This document shows positions 37,739 through 48,254 of a stretch of DNA of 64,000 nucleotides, piece after piece. Every line of letters starts with the position of its first letter. The stretch's first letter is position 1. Where the stretch lies: positions 9,779-73,778 of the forward strand of contig CAJUIQ010000003.1 in assembly GCA_910586545.1 (NCBI GenBank). The letters are read 5' to 3'. The stretch is from an uncultured Eubacteriales bacterium (lineage in GTDB: Bacteria > Bacillota > Clostridia > Oscillospirales > CAG-272). A model generated the notes under the pieces. It saw nothing but the letters and a program-made list of their open reading frames with translations, did not search any database and was not told the origin of the DNA. The position numbers and the translations under genes are program-made.

Positions 37739-38809
37739 ATGCGAAAGGAGGCGGCACACTTGGAAACGCAAAAATTTTCGCTGTGGAAAAAGAGGCATAC
37801 CCTCCCCACAATCCCCAAAAAGGCAGCCATAACGCTTTTGCTGCTGATTATCGCAGCCGCTCTCCTACTGCCGGGAGGCGTCTTTGGAGTGTTCTACGTA
37901 ACGGTAGCAGGCGCTCTGCTGGCAATGCTGCTCACAGCCGACCGCAGCCTGCTTTGGCTTTTGTCCATCCCAGGCGTAGGCGTCATGGCATATCTGACGC
38001 ACGCGCTGTTTGCAGCAGAAGGGATAAGCGCCCTCTGGAGTTTTGCCGCGTTTTTGTTTATCCCCATCGGTATGGCGCTTGCCGCCTGTATCTATAACCG
38101 GCAAAACCTAACTACAACCGTAGCCGTTCTCGCTGTAGTATTCGGAATCATTCTGTTCTCTCTAGCGGCGCTGCAGCTGCAAATGCAATACGGCGATATC
38201 CGTGAAGGCTTTGCAGTTCTGCGCGACCAGCTCCAGAACGGACTGACAAGTGTGCTCACCTCTATCGGACTGCCCGGCGAAGACGGCATCATGTATGTAT
38301 ATACAGAAAAGGAAGTACAGGGCATCGTTCAATCTATGATTCTGCTTCTCCCCGCAATGGCTGCGCTCACATGTCAACTTTTTGCATATCTTACTGCTAA
38401 AATATATCGGCTACTTGCGCTGGCATTTGGAGCAGACTTTCTCTTTGCAAGAGACAAATGGCCCCTGACTGCCAGTATTCCTGCCTACATCATATTTGTT
38501 ATCAGTTACTTTTTTACAGTGTTTTCCTCTGAATCTTCTGTGATCAGTTACGCGGCTGTCAACCTTTTATATATTTTTCTGCCAATCACCTCCGCGGGAG
38601 GATTTCACGGGCTATTTCTCACAGGCAGAAGCAGTTCCGATAAAAGACGTACAAAAAGCCGCATTCCGCTAATTGTTTTGTGCGCGGTGCTTTTTATGCT
38701 GTCGCCGGTTTCTTTGTTTATTCTTTTGTCTTTTTGGGGTGCAATCCGTACGTTAGGCGCCGCCCTGCGTAATTGGCTGATGAAGCGTGGAAGTTCCGAC
38801 TCTGAATAG
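37739..38809 (+). CDS. yybS: YybS family membrane protein (DUF2232)
   Basis: Polytopic membrane protein directly upstream of gdpP, as in B. subtilis. A TTG at 37760 behind AAAGGAGG (8-nt spacing) may be the true start. Confidence 0.7.
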   Translation: MRKEAAHLETQKFSLWKKRHTLPTIPKKAAITLLLLIIAAALLLPGGVFGVFYVTVAGALLAMLLTADRSLLWLLSIPGVGVMAYLTHALFAAEGISALWSFAAFLFIPIGMALAACIYNRQNLTTTVAVLAVVFGIILFSLAALQLQMQYGDIREGFAVLRDQLQNGLTSVLTSIGLPGEDGIMYVYTEKEVQGIVQSMILLLPAMAALTCQLFAYLTAKIYRLLALAFGADFLFARDKWPLTASIPAYIIFVISYFFTVFSSESSVISYAAVNLLYIFLPITSAGGFHGLFLTGRSSSDKRRTKSRIPLIVLCAVLFMLSPVSLFILLSFWGAIRTLGAALRNWLMKRGSSDSE

Positions 38810-38829
38810 AAAGGAAGGCTTATCTATAT

Positions 38830-40869
38830 ATGAAAATCCGGCATTCCTACAAATTTAGTCTTGCGGACATGCTTTTCTGCAGCATATTCGCACTTGTTAT
38901 TATAGCAGCGCAGGCACTGCTGACCGCATTTTTTGGAAAAGCTCTTCCCACAGGAATCTTTCTGCTGGCAATATATGCGGCAGGTGTGTTTATCTTTCTC
39001 TATCTGCGTCGTAGGCCCTCCGAAACGCTGGGCAAAGACAATTCTCTTTCGAAAGTTGCCAGCGTTCTTTCCGACGCCGTCATTCAAATGGATATTCCAG
39101 TGGTAATCTGTCCCGCCAATGCGGACCGAATCATCTGGCACAACAAGGCGGCCGAATATCTCTTTGCAAACACCAAACAGGAAACCCACTTTGGTCAGCT
39201 GTTTTTTCATGTGCCAGAACCGAACGATGGAGGCGGAGAGCGGCGGCTTACCTGTAAAAACCAGATTTTTCAACCCAGCAGCGTCACCGCTGAGGGCAAG
39301 GACGGAAAGCTTTATCGAATTACTATTCTACACGATATTACCCTCCAAGCTGCCGCTGAAGCGGCAATGCGCGGAAAAGAATGCGCCGTAGGATATGTTA
39401 TGGTGGACAATCTGGACGAACTGCTCAATTATGAACAAGAGGATTATCGAAACGCTTCCGGTAAAACAGAACAGCTGCTGCGCAGCTGGGCCGGATCAGC
39501 CGGCGGTGTGCTGAAGGAATACCAGCAGGACCGATACATCTTTTTATTTGAAAAATCACATCTTCAGTCCTTTATGGAGTCTGGTTTTTCCATTTTGGAT
39601 GACATTCGAGACATTCGGATTGGCGAATCCAGCATTTCCGTAACCGTTTCTATGGGAGTCTGCGCCGTAGGCGCCACCCTTGCGGAAAAAGAAAAAAACG
39701 CCCAGATTGCCCTGGACACAGCGCTGCAGCGCGGCGGTGACCAGGTTGTCGTTCGTGGAGACGGTACACTGGACGTCTATGGCGGAAGAACCAAGCTTCC
39801 GCAAAAGCGGACGAAGGTGCGGGCCAGAGTCATTGCCAATGAGCTTATCTCCCGCATTTCTATCTCCTCTAATGTGCTCATTATGGCTCACAAATATGCA
39901 GATTTTGACGCTTTCGGAGCCTCTGTAGGTCTCGCCCGAATTGCTTTGTTCTGCGGCGTTCCGGTAAATATCGTTACTGACCCTGACGACACCAATTTGG
40001 ACCGCTGCCGCGAATGGCTTGCACAGGAGAATGAATACAGCAGTATGTTTGTCAGCCCCCAAGAGGCACTGGATTTTGTCCGGTCAGACACATTGCTGAT
40101 TATTACAGATGTAAATAATCCATCCCAGTTTGAGTCCCCAGTTTTAGCGGAGCACTGCAAAAATATTGTAATCATCGACCACCACCGAAAAACCATTGAT
40201 TTTGACCATCCTCTGCTGATCACCTATATTGAACCATCAGCGGCGGCGGCAAGCGAACTGGTAGCCGAAATGCTGGAGCAGATTCTGCCCGGCGACATGC
40301 TGTTGGCCCATGAGGCGGATCTGTTGCTGGCAGGCATTCTTTTAGACACAAATCACTTCACGAAAAACACCGGCACGCGTACCTTTTCCGCTGCATTGTA
40401 TTTGCGTGGCAGGGGAGCGGATGTAAGCGAAGTTCAGGAATTTTTCAAAACAGAGTTGGACGAGTTCCAGCGGGAGCTAAAATTTCATTCCAATGTGGAA
40501 ATATATAAAGGGATCGCCGCTATCGCCTGTGCTAATACAGAATGCACCGTCAAAGACAAAGTGCCGGCTGCAAAGGCGGCAGATCGACTTCTCACAGTCG
40601 AAGGGGTTAAGGCGTCTTTTGCAATTGTTCCAATCGGTGATGAGATTCACATCTCCGCTCGCTCCTTAGGCACCATCAACGTACAGCTGATCTTGGAGGA
40701 GCTGAAAGGTGGTGGACACTTTGATTCCGCAGGAGCCCGCATGGAAGGGGTGTCTATTTCCGAAACCGTACAGCTATTGAAGGAAGCGCTGGATCGATAT
40801 TTGAAAAGCGCCGACGCAGAAAAAGAACCGCTTCAAAGAAGCATACAAACCAATCGCTCATCCATATAA
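38830..40869 (+). CDS. gdpP: cyclic-di-AMP phosphodiesterase GdpP
   Basis: Two N-terminal TM helices, a PAS-like region and a degenerate GGDEF region. The DHH motif is IIDHHRK and the DHHA1 motif is GGGH. Confidence 0.9.
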   Translation: MKIRHSYKFSLADMLFCSIFALVIIAAQALLTAFFGKALPTGIFLLAIYAAGVFIFLYLRRRPSETLGKDNSLSKVASVLSDAVIQMDIPVVICPANADRIIWHNKAAEYLFANTKQETHFGQLFFHVPEPNDGGGERRLTCKNQIFQPSSVTAEGKDGKLYRITILHDITLQAAAEAAMRGKECAVGYVMVDNLDELLNYEQEDYRNASGKTEQLLRSWAGSAGGVLKEYQQDRYIFLFEKSHLQSFMESGFSILDDIRDIRIGESSISVTVSMGVCAVGATLAEKEKNAQIALDTALQRGGDQVVVRGDGTLDVYGGRTKLPQKRTKVRARVIANELISRISISSNVLIMAHKYADFDAFGASVGLARIALFCGVPVNIVTDPDDTNLDRCREWLAQENEYSSMFVSPQEALDFVRSDTLLIITDVNNPSQFESPVLAEHCKNIVIIDHHRKTIDFDHPLLITYIEPSAAAASELVAEMLEQILPGDMLLAHEADLLLAGILLDTNHFTKNTGTRTFSAALYLRGRGADVSEVQEFFKTELDEFQRELKFHSNVEIYKGIAAIACANTECTVKDKVPAAKAADRLLTVEGVKASFAIVPIGDEIHISARSLGTINVQLILEELKGGGHFDSAGARMEGVSISETVQLLKEALDRYLKSADAEKEPLQRSIQTNRSSI

Positions 40870-40898
40870 GGATATATCAGGAAAGGGAAACAAAAGCT

Positions 40899-41342
40899 AT
40901 GAAAGTATTATTACTGGCAGACGTAAAAGGAAAAGGAAAGAAAGATCAAATCGTAAACGTATCCGATGGATACGCCCGCAATTTTTTATTCCCCAAAAAG
41001 CTTGCAGTAGAAGCTGACGCAAAGGCACTGGCAGATGCAAAAAACAAGGAAGAGGCAAAGGAATTTAAAATTGAGCAGGATAAAGCGGCAGCCAGGGAGC
41101 TGGCTGCAAAGCTTGAAGGTGTAGTTGTAAAAATCAAAGCCACTGCAGGGGCAGACGGCCGTTTGTACGGAAGTATTACCACCGCGGATATAGCCGCAGC
41201 GCTGCAGGAGCAGGCAGGAATTCAGCTGGATAAACGAAAAATCGTTGCAGACGGTGCAATCAAAGCATACGGTTCCTACTGCCTGACAGTAAAGCTTTAT
41301 CCCGAAATTCAGGGCAAGCTGAATCTGGTAGTTTGCGACTGA
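40899..41342 (+). CDS. rplI: 50S ribosomal protein L9
   Basis: [36 protein letters not shown]. Confidence 0.95.
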   Translation: MKVLLLADVKGKGKKDQIVNVSDGYARNFLFPKKLAVEADAKALADAKNKEEAKEFKIEQDKAAARELAAKLEGVVVKIKATAGADGRLYGSITTADIAAALQEQAGIQLDKRKIVADGAIKAYGSYCLTVKLYPEIQGKLNLVVCD

Positions 41343-41352
41343 GGAAGCGGCT

Positions 41353-42681
41353 GTGAACGTACAACTTGACCGAAAAATGCCCTTTTCTCTGGAGGCGGAG
41401 CAGTCTGTACTCGGCTCTATCCTGATTGATCCCGCTTGCTTGGATACTATTACTTCTATTGTATCCATGGAAGATTTCTATTTGGAAGAGCATCAGAGTA
41501 TCTATGCCGCTATGCAGGGCATGTACTTAAAAAGCAAAAATATCGACGTAGTCACCTTAATCGATGAACTGGTCAAAGAGGGAGTATACGACGACGCTGG
41601 AGGGAAAGAGTATATTCGCTTGATTGCGGAGACGGTCCCTACCGCAGCCAACGTGAAAGACTACGCAGAAATTGTCCGGGATAAAAGTACGCTGCGTGCG
41701 CTGATTGGCGCCTGTGAGGATGTAACAGAAGCCGCATATACCGAAGAAGAAGAGGTAGAGCGACTGGTGGAAATGGCGGAAAGCAAAATATACGCCATCG
41801 CCGAACAGAAGGACAACAAAAACTTTGTCCACATCAAAGACGCCCTTCTGCAGGTTTACAATCATCTGCAGCAGCTGATCACAAACAGAGAAGAAACCCA
41901 AGGCATGAAAACAGGTTTTTCCGGACTAGACCGGGTACTGGTGGGGATGGGAAAATCAGACCTGGTGCTGGTAGGCGCGCGCCCTGGTATGGGAAAAACC
42001 TCCTTTGCCATGAACGTAGCTGTGTCCGCCGCAAGGCGCTCAGGAAAAGCCGTATGTGTATTTTCTCTGGAAATGTCTGCGGAACAGCTGGTGACACGGC
42101 TTTTGTCCAGTGAAGCCTTAGTGGACAGCTATCATTTGCGCTCCGGCGAACTTACCGACGAAGACTGGCAGAAACTGGCCCACGCATCTTCTATACTGTC
42201 TGATTGTCAAATTCTTATTGATGACACAACCGGCATGACGGTAACGGGTATGATGGCCAAGCTGCGCCGGGTGAAAAATCTGGGACTGGTGGTCATCGAC
42301 TATCTGGGACTGATGCAGTCCGAACATCGCAACGACAACCGCGTGCAGGAAGTATCGGAAATTTCCCGAAATCTGAAGCTAATGGCAAAGGAATTTGAGG
42401 TTCCAGTAATTTGCTGTGCCCAGTTATCCCGTGGACCGGAATCCAGGACGGATAAACGGCCTATGCTGTCCGACCTGCGTGATTCCGGCGCTATCGAGCA
42501 GGACGCGGATATCGTTATGTTCCTCTACCGGGAAGAATACTATAAGGATAAAGAAAACCCGCAAAATACCGCGGAAGTTATTGTGGCCAAAAACCGCCAC
42601 GGTTCCACCGGCAAGGTAGAGATGGGGTGGCTCGGACAGTATACGAAATTTACCACTATCGATACAGAAGAAAACTATTAA
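41353..42681 (+). CDS. dnaB: replicative DNA helicase
   Basis: GTG start, N-terminal PFSLEAEQSVLGSIL, Walker A GARPGMGKTSF and SRGPE...DLRDSGAIEQDAD. Confidence 0.95.
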   Translation: MNVQLDRKMPFSLEAEQSVLGSILIDPACLDTITSIVSMEDFYLEEHQSIYAAMQGMYLKSKNIDVVTLIDELVKEGVYDDAGGKEYIRLIAETVPTAANVKDYAEIVRDKSTLRALIGACEDVTEAAYTEEEEVERLVEMAESKIYAIAEQKDNKNFVHIKDALLQVYNHLQQLITNREETQGMKTGFSGLDRVLVGMGKSDLVLVGARPGMGKTSFAMNVAVSAARRSGKAVCVFSLEMSAEQLVTRLLSSEALVDSYHLRSGELTDEDWQKLAHASSILSDCQILIDDTTGMTVTGMMAKLRRVKNLGLVVIDYLGLMQSEHRNDNRVQEVSEISRNLKLMAKEFEVPVICCAQLSRGPESRTDKRPMLSDLRDSGAIEQDADIVMFLYREEYYKDKENPQNTAEVIVAKNRHGSTGKVEMGWLGQYTKFTTIDTEENY

Positions 42682-42688
42682 CTTGCGT

Positions 42689-42725
42689 AAAAGAGACGCT
42701 CTAAGAAAAGCGTCTCTTTTGTTTT
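42689..42725 (+). terminator. rho-independent terminator after dnaB
   Basis: AAAAGAGACGCT-CTAAGAAA-AGCGTCTCTTTT followed by GTTTTG. Confidence 0.65.
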
Positions 42726-42877
42726 GCCTGTCTCAAAGCAGTTCTCCGGCTATTCTTTTGATACAAAAATAGAAGCAGGGGGTTCGATTTGTATAGAAGC
42801 TGCTATTACATTCATTTTTCGTTTACAACTCTATCGCAGTTTTTTTACATGGTTGCCTTATTTTTTTTGAAAAATTA

Positions 42878-42906
42878 TTGTATTGCAGCCAAAATTGTGA
42901 TATATT
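42878..42906 (+). promoter_or_regulatory. candidate promoter of pgk-tpiA
   Basis: TTGTAT, a 17-nt spacer, then TATATT with an upstream TG (extended -10). Confidence 0.4.
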
Positions 42907-42993
42907 AAATTTGTATGCGTATGCTAAAAACCTGTATATAGGCTGGCATAATGTTTACTATTTACAGGGATTTATAAAGAAAGGATTTTGAAG

Positions 42994-44181
42994 ATGACCT
43001 ACAACAAAAAATCTGTCGAAGACATTGACGTATCCGGCAAGCGAGTGCTTGTTAGATGCGACTTCAACGTACCTATGAAAGACGGCGCAATCACCGATGA
43101 CAAGCGTATTGTCGGCGCACTGCCTACTATTCAGTATCTGATGGAACACGGTGCAAAAACCGTTCTCTGCTCTCACATGGGCAGACCTAAGGGAGAAGTA
43201 AATCCCAAATACTCCCTGGCTCCTGTTGCGAAGCGTCTTTCTGAGCTTCTGGGCAAGGAAGTGGTGTTGGCCAACGATGTAATCGGTCCAGACGCCAAAG
43301 CAAAGGCTGCCGCTCTGAACGACGGCGAGGTTCTCCTGATTGAAAATGTACGTTTCCATAAGGAAGAAGAAAAGAATGATCCCGCCTTTGCAAAAGAGCT
43401 GGCTTCTATGGCAGATATTTTTGTAAACGACGCCTTTGGTACTGCACACCGTGCCCACGCTTCTACAGCAGGCGTTGCAGACTATCTGCCTGCTGTCTGC
43501 GGTTATCTGATTCAAAAAGAAGTGGATATCATGGGTAAAGCTCTGGCTGATCCTGCTCGTCCCTTCGTTGCGATTCTTGGCGGTGCAAAGGTTTCTGATA
43601 AAATCGGTGTTATCAACAATCTGATTGAAAAATGTGATACACTGATTATCGGCGGCGGTATGGCTTACACCTTCTTTAAGGCACAGGGCTACAATATTGG
43701 CACCTCCATCTGCGAGGATGACAAAATTGAGCTTGCTACCAGCTTGATGCAGAAAGCTAAAGAAAAAGGCGTTAGCTTCCTGCTTCCTGTGGACAACGTG
43801 ATTGGTCGGGAATATAAAGAAGACACCATTTATATGACAATTACCTCCGACTGCATCCCCGACGGTTGGATGGGTCTGGATATCGGCCCTGTTACCCGGG
43901 AACTGTTTGCCAAAACCATTGCCGGCGCCGGCACTGTAATTTGGAATGGACCTATGGGCGTTTCCGAATGGGAACACTTTGCTGCTGGTACAATGGACGT
44001 GGCAAAAGCTGTTGCTGATTCCGGTGCAATTTCTATTATTGGCGGCGGCGATTCTGCAGCGGCGGTAGAGAATCTGGGATTTGCTGAAAAAATGACACAC
44101 ATTTCTACAGGTGGCGGCGCTTCCCTGGAATTCTTGGAAGGCCTGGATCTCCCCGGTATTTCCTGTCTCCAGGACAAATAA
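42994..44181 (+). CDS. pgk: phosphoglycerate kinase
   Basis: [15 protein letters not shown] and GGGMAYTF motifs. The ATG at 42994 is preferred to the TTG at 42988. Confidence 0.95.
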   Translation: MTYNKKSVEDIDVSGKRVLVRCDFNVPMKDGAITDDKRIVGALPTIQYLMEHGAKTVLCSHMGRPKGEVNPKYSLAPVAKRLSELLGKEVVLANDVIGPDAKAKAAALNDGEVLLIENVRFHKEEEKNDPAFAKELASMADIFVNDAFGTAHRAHASTAGVADYLPAVCGYLIQKEVDIMGKALADPARPFVAILGGAKVSDKIGVINNLIEKCDTLIIGGGMAYTFFKAQGYNIGTSICEDDKIELATSLMQKAKEKGVSFLLPVDNVIGREYKEDTIYMTITSDCIPDGWMGLDIGPVTRELFAKTIAGAGTVIWNGPMGVSEWEHFAAGTMDVAKAVADSGAISIIGGGDSAAAVENLGFAEKMTHISTGGGASLEFLEGLDLPGISCLQDK

Positions 44182-44272
44182 TCGATTTCAACTTGCGCGC
44201 AGCTTGTAGCTGCGCGCACATAAATATCTCCGTATGACGCGGAAAGCCGGATATAAGAAAGGAATTATCATT

Positions 44273-45040
44273 ATGAATAAAGCAACACGCAAGGCAGTAA
44301 TTGCTGGCAACTGGAAAATGAACATGACTCCCTCCCAGGCAAAAGAGACAGTTAAAAAAACTGCCGCATTGGTCAAGGGAAAAGATGGCTGTGACATTGT
44401 TCTGTGTGTACCTTTTGTTGACATCGCCGCTGCGGTAGAAGCTGCAAAAGGCACTAACATAAAGATTGGCGCACAAAATGTACATTTTGCAGAAAGTGGC
44501 GCCTATACCGGTGAAATTTCGGCGGCTATGCTTCTGGAAACCGGTGTAGAATATGTAATTATCGGTCACAGTGAGCGCAGACAGTATTTTGGCGAAACAG
44601 ATGAGACTGTAAATCAGCGGACTAAAGCGGCACTGGCAGCAGGATTGACTGTTATCCTCTGTGTTGGTGAAGTTTTGGAAGAACGTCAGAGCAACATCAC
44701 AAACGAAATTCTTTCCATGCAGACGAAGCTAGCGCTGGCCGGTATTAGCGCAGAAGATATGAAAAAAGTGATTATTGCGTATGAACCTGTATGGGCAATT
44801 GGTACTGGTCTTACGGCAACGCCTCAGCAGGCGGATGAAGCTTGCGGATTGATTCGCAGTGTATTGGCAGATTTGTACGACGAAAATGCTGCAGAAGCCA
44901 CAACCATTCAGTATGGTGGAAGCATGAACGATGGCAATGCAGCGGAATTGTTAGCCAAAGTGCATGTGGACGGCGGCCTGATTGGCGGTGCTTCTCTGGT
45001 TCCAGAAAAGTTTGACGCAATCGTAACCGCTGCACAGTAA
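44273..45040 (+). CDS. tpiA: triose-phosphate isomerase
   Basis: AGNWKMN, IIGHSERR and AYEPVWAIGTG motifs. The start is at the internal ATG 44273, behind AAGAAAGGA. Confidence 0.95.
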   Translation: MNKATRKAVIAGNWKMNMTPSQAKETVKKTAALVKGKDGCDIVLCVPFVDIAAAVEAAKGTNIKIGAQNVHFAESGAYTGEISAAMLLETGVEYVIIGHSERRQYFGETDETVNQRTKAALAAGLTVILCVGEVLEERQSNITNEILSMQTKLALAGISAEDMKKVIIAYEPVWAIGTGLTATPQQADEACGLIRSVLADLYDENAAEATTIQYGGSMNDGNAAELLAKVHVDGGLIGGASLVPEKFDAIVTAAQ

Positions 45041-45056
45041 ATAGGATTATATGAAA

Positions 45057-45096
45057 AAATACCTACTGAAAATGCTTCAGTAGGTATTTTATTTTT
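45057..45096 (+). terminator. rho-independent terminator after tpiA
   Basis: AAAATACCTACTGAA-AATGC-TTCAGTAGGTATTTT followed by ATTTTT. Confidence 0.7.
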
Positions 45097-45225
45097 ATCA
45101 GTTATTTTTTTACTTATTCAAAAAGCCAGCCTGGCATTTTGCAATTCAATTCCATATTTGTACAACATAAAGAAAGCCTCACAAGATTGTGTGGCTTTCT
45201 TTTTCATCTTAACTTTAAGTCTGTA

Positions 45226-47106
45226 TTAAGCTGCGATCATTGCCTGTAATGCCAGAGCATCTGCGGCATCAATCACACCATCACCGTTGATATCAGAAAT
45301 CTCGTCTGCAACAGCAAAGTCACTGTTTGACAAAGCATGCCGCATCTGCTGCACATCCGCATTGTCAACACTCTGGTCGTTATTGATATCACCAAAATAG
45401 TAGCCATTGCTTGCAGCATACGCAGTAGACACCATTGTGGAAGCATCTACAAATTTAAGACCCATGTCCGCTGCATACTTCTGTGCAGCAGAATCTCTGG
45501 ACGCACAGATAGTAGCATTACTCAAGATTACATCTCCTTCTGCCAGAGAAGCCTGGTATCCATAAGCACCTGTACCAATCTTCTTCACAGAATCAGGAAT
45601 CTGCAGCATATCTAACGCCCCACAGCGTGCAAATGCATAGTTTCCAATAGTCACAACTGTATTCGGAATCGTTACCTTAGCAAGATCCTCACAAGCATAG
45701 AATGCACCGTAGCCAATTGCTCTTGTTGCAGCAGGTACTGTAAAATCTGTGAGAGCTGTGCCTGCAAATACTTTTCTGCCGATATCTGTCACATTATCAG
45801 AAGCGGTAACAGATGCCAACGCATCGCAATCCATAAATGTATAATCTTCCAAAACAGTTACACCATCGGGAATGGCAATAGCGGCAAGAGAGGTACACTC
45901 TCTGAATGCCGACTTATCCAGTTTCGTAAGCCCCTGCGGCAACGTCACACTGCCCAGAGAAGCACATCCACGGAAAGCAGCATTGCCGATAGCAGTTACA
46001 TCAGAAGGAATTGTGATAGAAGAAAGCGCAGCACAACCATAGAACGCCATGTCGCCGATTTCACCTACGCCTGCAGGATAGTTCATAGTCGTAAGAGATT
46101 TACAACCATAGAACGCATTATCACCCAAAACCTCCAACGTAGCAGGCAGGCGAATACTTGTAAGAGACTCGCAGCTACCAAAAGCGGATCTGCCGATTTT
46201 GGTTACAGAATCGGGAACATTCATGGTCTTCAATCCTGTACACATAAAGAACGCTGTATCTTTAATTTCTGTGATACCATCATGCAGCGTAATGGATTCC
46301 ACGCTGCGGATGCCTCTGAAAGTGTTTTCCGGCACAACAGTCATACCCGCAGGAACATTCAAAGACTTTACACCAGAAGCGAGAAATACATAATCGCCCA
46401 TTTCCGTTATAGAATCGGGAAGATTCATTGCTTCCAGAGCAGGCAAATACGCAAATGCTCTTGTACCAATGCTTTGCAGTTTGGTATTGGTTTCTACCTT
46501 GCTGAGAACCGGGCAGCGATAAAATGCGTAATCGCCAACAGTAAGCAGATTGGCAGAAAGCTTCACGTTTTTAAGCTGTTTGGAATATGCAAATGCATAG
46601 TCGCCCACAGATTGAACGCTATCAGGCAATGTAATCGAAGTTATTTTGGTATTATAAAGAGCATATTCACCTACAGAAGTCAGTGTGCTCGGCAAGGATA
46701 TGTACTCCAATCCTTCTGCATCTGTTGCCATGCGATTTCCAAGAGAAGTAACACCCTCTTCTACAAAAACTCTGGTAATTTGTTTGTAGTTGGTACCAAA
46801 GATGGACTGCTGTCCCTTCACCAAATCATACATATCACCGGTGCCGGAAATAACAGCCTCACGATATAAGGTTCCACCCTTCACCATTCTGTAGGTATAA
46901 AGGGTACATTTTACATTATCTCCTACATTTTTCGTACTCGTTTTTCTGTACTCGCTGACAATGCCCTTATTCACATCTTCCTCAGTTACCGGACCATGCT
47001 CCGGAGGAACGCGTGCAGGCTCGTTTTCAGCAGCTACGCCGATTGCCAGCACCATACTGCCCAAAAGCATAGCTGCCGTCAATAAGCATGCAATCAGTTT
47101 TTTCAT
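45226..47106 (-). CDS. secreted BspA-type leucine-rich-repeat protein with C-terminal type I dockerin
   Basis: Signal peptide, about 18 LRR_5-type repeats (e.g. IPDSVTKIGRSAFGSCESLTSI), and a C-terminal duplicated Ca-binding segment (DINNDQSVDNAD ... DINGDGVIDAAD). Confidence 0.85.
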   Translation of the reverse strand: MKKLIACLLTAAMLLGSMVLAIGVAAENEPARVPPEHGPVTEEDVNKGIVSEYRKTSTKNVGDNVKCTLYTYRMVKGGTLYREAVISGTGDMYDLVKGQQSIFGTNYKQITRVFVEEGVTSLGNRMATDAEGLEYISLPSTLTSVGEYALYNTKITSITLPDSVQSVGDYAFAYSKQLKNVKLSANLLTVGDYAFYRCPVLSKVETNTKLQSIGTRAFAYLPALEAMNLPDSITEMGDYVFLASGVKSLNVPAGMTVVPENTFRGIRSVESITLHDGITEIKDTAFFMCTGLKTMNVPDSVTKIGRSAFGSCESLTSIRLPATLEVLGDNAFYGCKSLTTMNYPAGVGEIGDMAFYGCAALSSITIPSDVTAIGNAAFRGCASLGSVTLPQGLTKLDKSAFRECTSLAAIAIPDGVTVLEDYTFMDCDALASVTASDNVTDIGRKVFAGTALTDFTVPAATRAIGYGAFYACEDLAKVTIPNTVVTIGNYAFARCGALDMLQIPDSVKKIGTGAYGYQASLAEGDVILSNATICASRDSAAQKYAADMGLKFVDASTMVSTAYAASNGYYFGDINNDQSVDNADVQQMRHALSNSDFAVADEISDINGDGVIDAADALALQAMIAA

Positions 47107-47247
47107 CTTTTTGAATCCTTTCTGACTGTAAAAGTATCACAAATTATGGCAGATATCCACCACGGGCAGCACAGTGTAAATAAGCCAATAAGCGGGGAGC
47201 GGCAAATACTATAGGATACCACTCCACTATCTACCTTTTTTCATATT

Positions 47248-47276
47248 TAGCATATCACAACCCCATCTTTTTGTCA
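47248..47276 (-). promoter_or_regulatory. candidate promoter of the LRR-dockerin gene
   Basis: On the minus strand: TTGACA (47276-47271), a 17-nt spacer, then TATGCT (47253-47248) with an upstream TG. This predicts a leader of about 135 nt. Confidence 0.5.
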
Positions 47277-47284
47277 AGGTTTTT

Positions 47285-47331
47285 ATGTAAAATTGCTAGG
47301 TTTAATTCAATACAAACCTCAAATTTTACAT
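47285..47331. repeat. AT-rich compound inverted repeat
   Basis: ATGTAAAATT (47285-47294) pairs with AATTTTACAT (47322-47331). The inner stem pairs AGGTTT (47298-47303) with AAACCT (47314-47319). Confidence 0.5.
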
Positions 47332-47363
47332 AAATTGTTGAGATTGGAAAGGAACGCCGCTCA

Positions 47364-47870
47364 TTACCGCCATTTAGCAGTGAGCGAGGCAGGCAGGCGG
47401 GATATTAGCATTCCCCCTGCAAGCCCGATCACAATTCCGGCAAGCGTACCGCCAATTATCAGGATGGGAAGATAATAGACGATCTGCGTCGTTCGCATCA
47501 CCGTAGCCGCCACTGCAATCTGTGCGGCGTTGTGGGATACGCCTCCGGCGACGCTTACACCTACCACCGAAAAGAAATGGGCCTTGCACAGCAACGTCAT
47601 AACCAGAAGACTGAGCGCCGCTCCTGCAAGGCCGTAAGCCAAGCTCATCACATTGCCAAACAAAATGGAGACCAGGCCCACACGTACAAGAGACACTGCA
47701 GCAGCGGCCGGCCACCCAAAGCGGTACAGTACGAAAACAATTACCACGTTGGGCAGCCCAATCTTGAGTCCCGGCGTAATGGAGGGGATAAAGCTTTCAA
47801 CATAGGACAGAATCATAGCCGCCGCTGTACATAAACCGAGCAAAGCTGTAGTTTGGGTTTTCTGTTTCAT
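47364..47870 (-). CDS. Gx transporter family protein (Hpre_diP_synt_I-like 5-TM protein)
   Basis: 168 aa with an SYVESFIP...GLKIGLPN N-terminal block typical of this family. It sits downstream of a NusG_II gene. Confidence 0.75.
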   Translation of the reverse strand: MKQKTQTTALLGLCTAAAMILSYVESFIPSITPGLKIGLPNVVIVFVLYRFGWPAAAAVSLVRVGLVSILFGNVMSLAYGLAGAALSLLVMTLLCKAHFFSVVGVSVAGGVSHNAAQIAVAATVMRTTQIVYYLPILIIGGTLAGIVIGLAGGMLISRLPASLTAKWR

Positions 47871-47894
47871 AGAAATGTTGTGCCTTTCTTAGCG

Positions 47895-48254
47895 TTATTC
47901 CCCACCGGATACAACAGACACCACTACTCTATTAGGCAAGCAGACGATGGTCTCATCGCTGCGGCTGATCCTATGCTGATGCACACACAGATTGTCCGGA
48001 CAGCTTGCCTCTGTGACTGAGGCGCATCCGTCTGCAATTTCCAGTACATTATAGCCGCCTGTCTCCGTTTCAATACGGATAACTGCGCCTTTGTCCAAGG
48101 CATACCGACCCCATTCCTCACCGTCTACTTCTACCACTACCCAGTCTCCCGGAGAGCGAAAAAGCAGGGTCAGGCAAAGAGCGATGCCGGCAGCCAGCAA
48201 CAGACTCAAAATAAGCAGTAAGTCTCGGTGAGCTTTAGATTTCGCAGGCATCAT
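47895..48254 (-). CDS. NusG domain II-containing protein (DUF1312)
   Basis: N-terminal anchor, then ...YNVLEI..G...V.EASCPDNLCVHQ..I......IVCLPNRVVV, the characteristic CPDxxC block. Confidence 0.75.
   Translation of the reverse strand: MMPAKSKAHRDLLLILSLLLAAGIALCLTLLFRSPGDWVVVEVDGEEWGRYALDKGAVIRIETETGGYNVLEIADGCASVTEASCPDNLCVHQHRISRSDETIVCLPNRVVVSVVSGGE

Noticed and set aside
42778-42792. GGGGGTTCGATTT, resembling a tRNA T-arm/T-loop (GGTTCGAAT), in the dnaB-pgk intergenic region.
   Set aside because: There is no complementary 3' T-stem strand, acceptor stem or anticodon arm around it. It is an isolated motif only.
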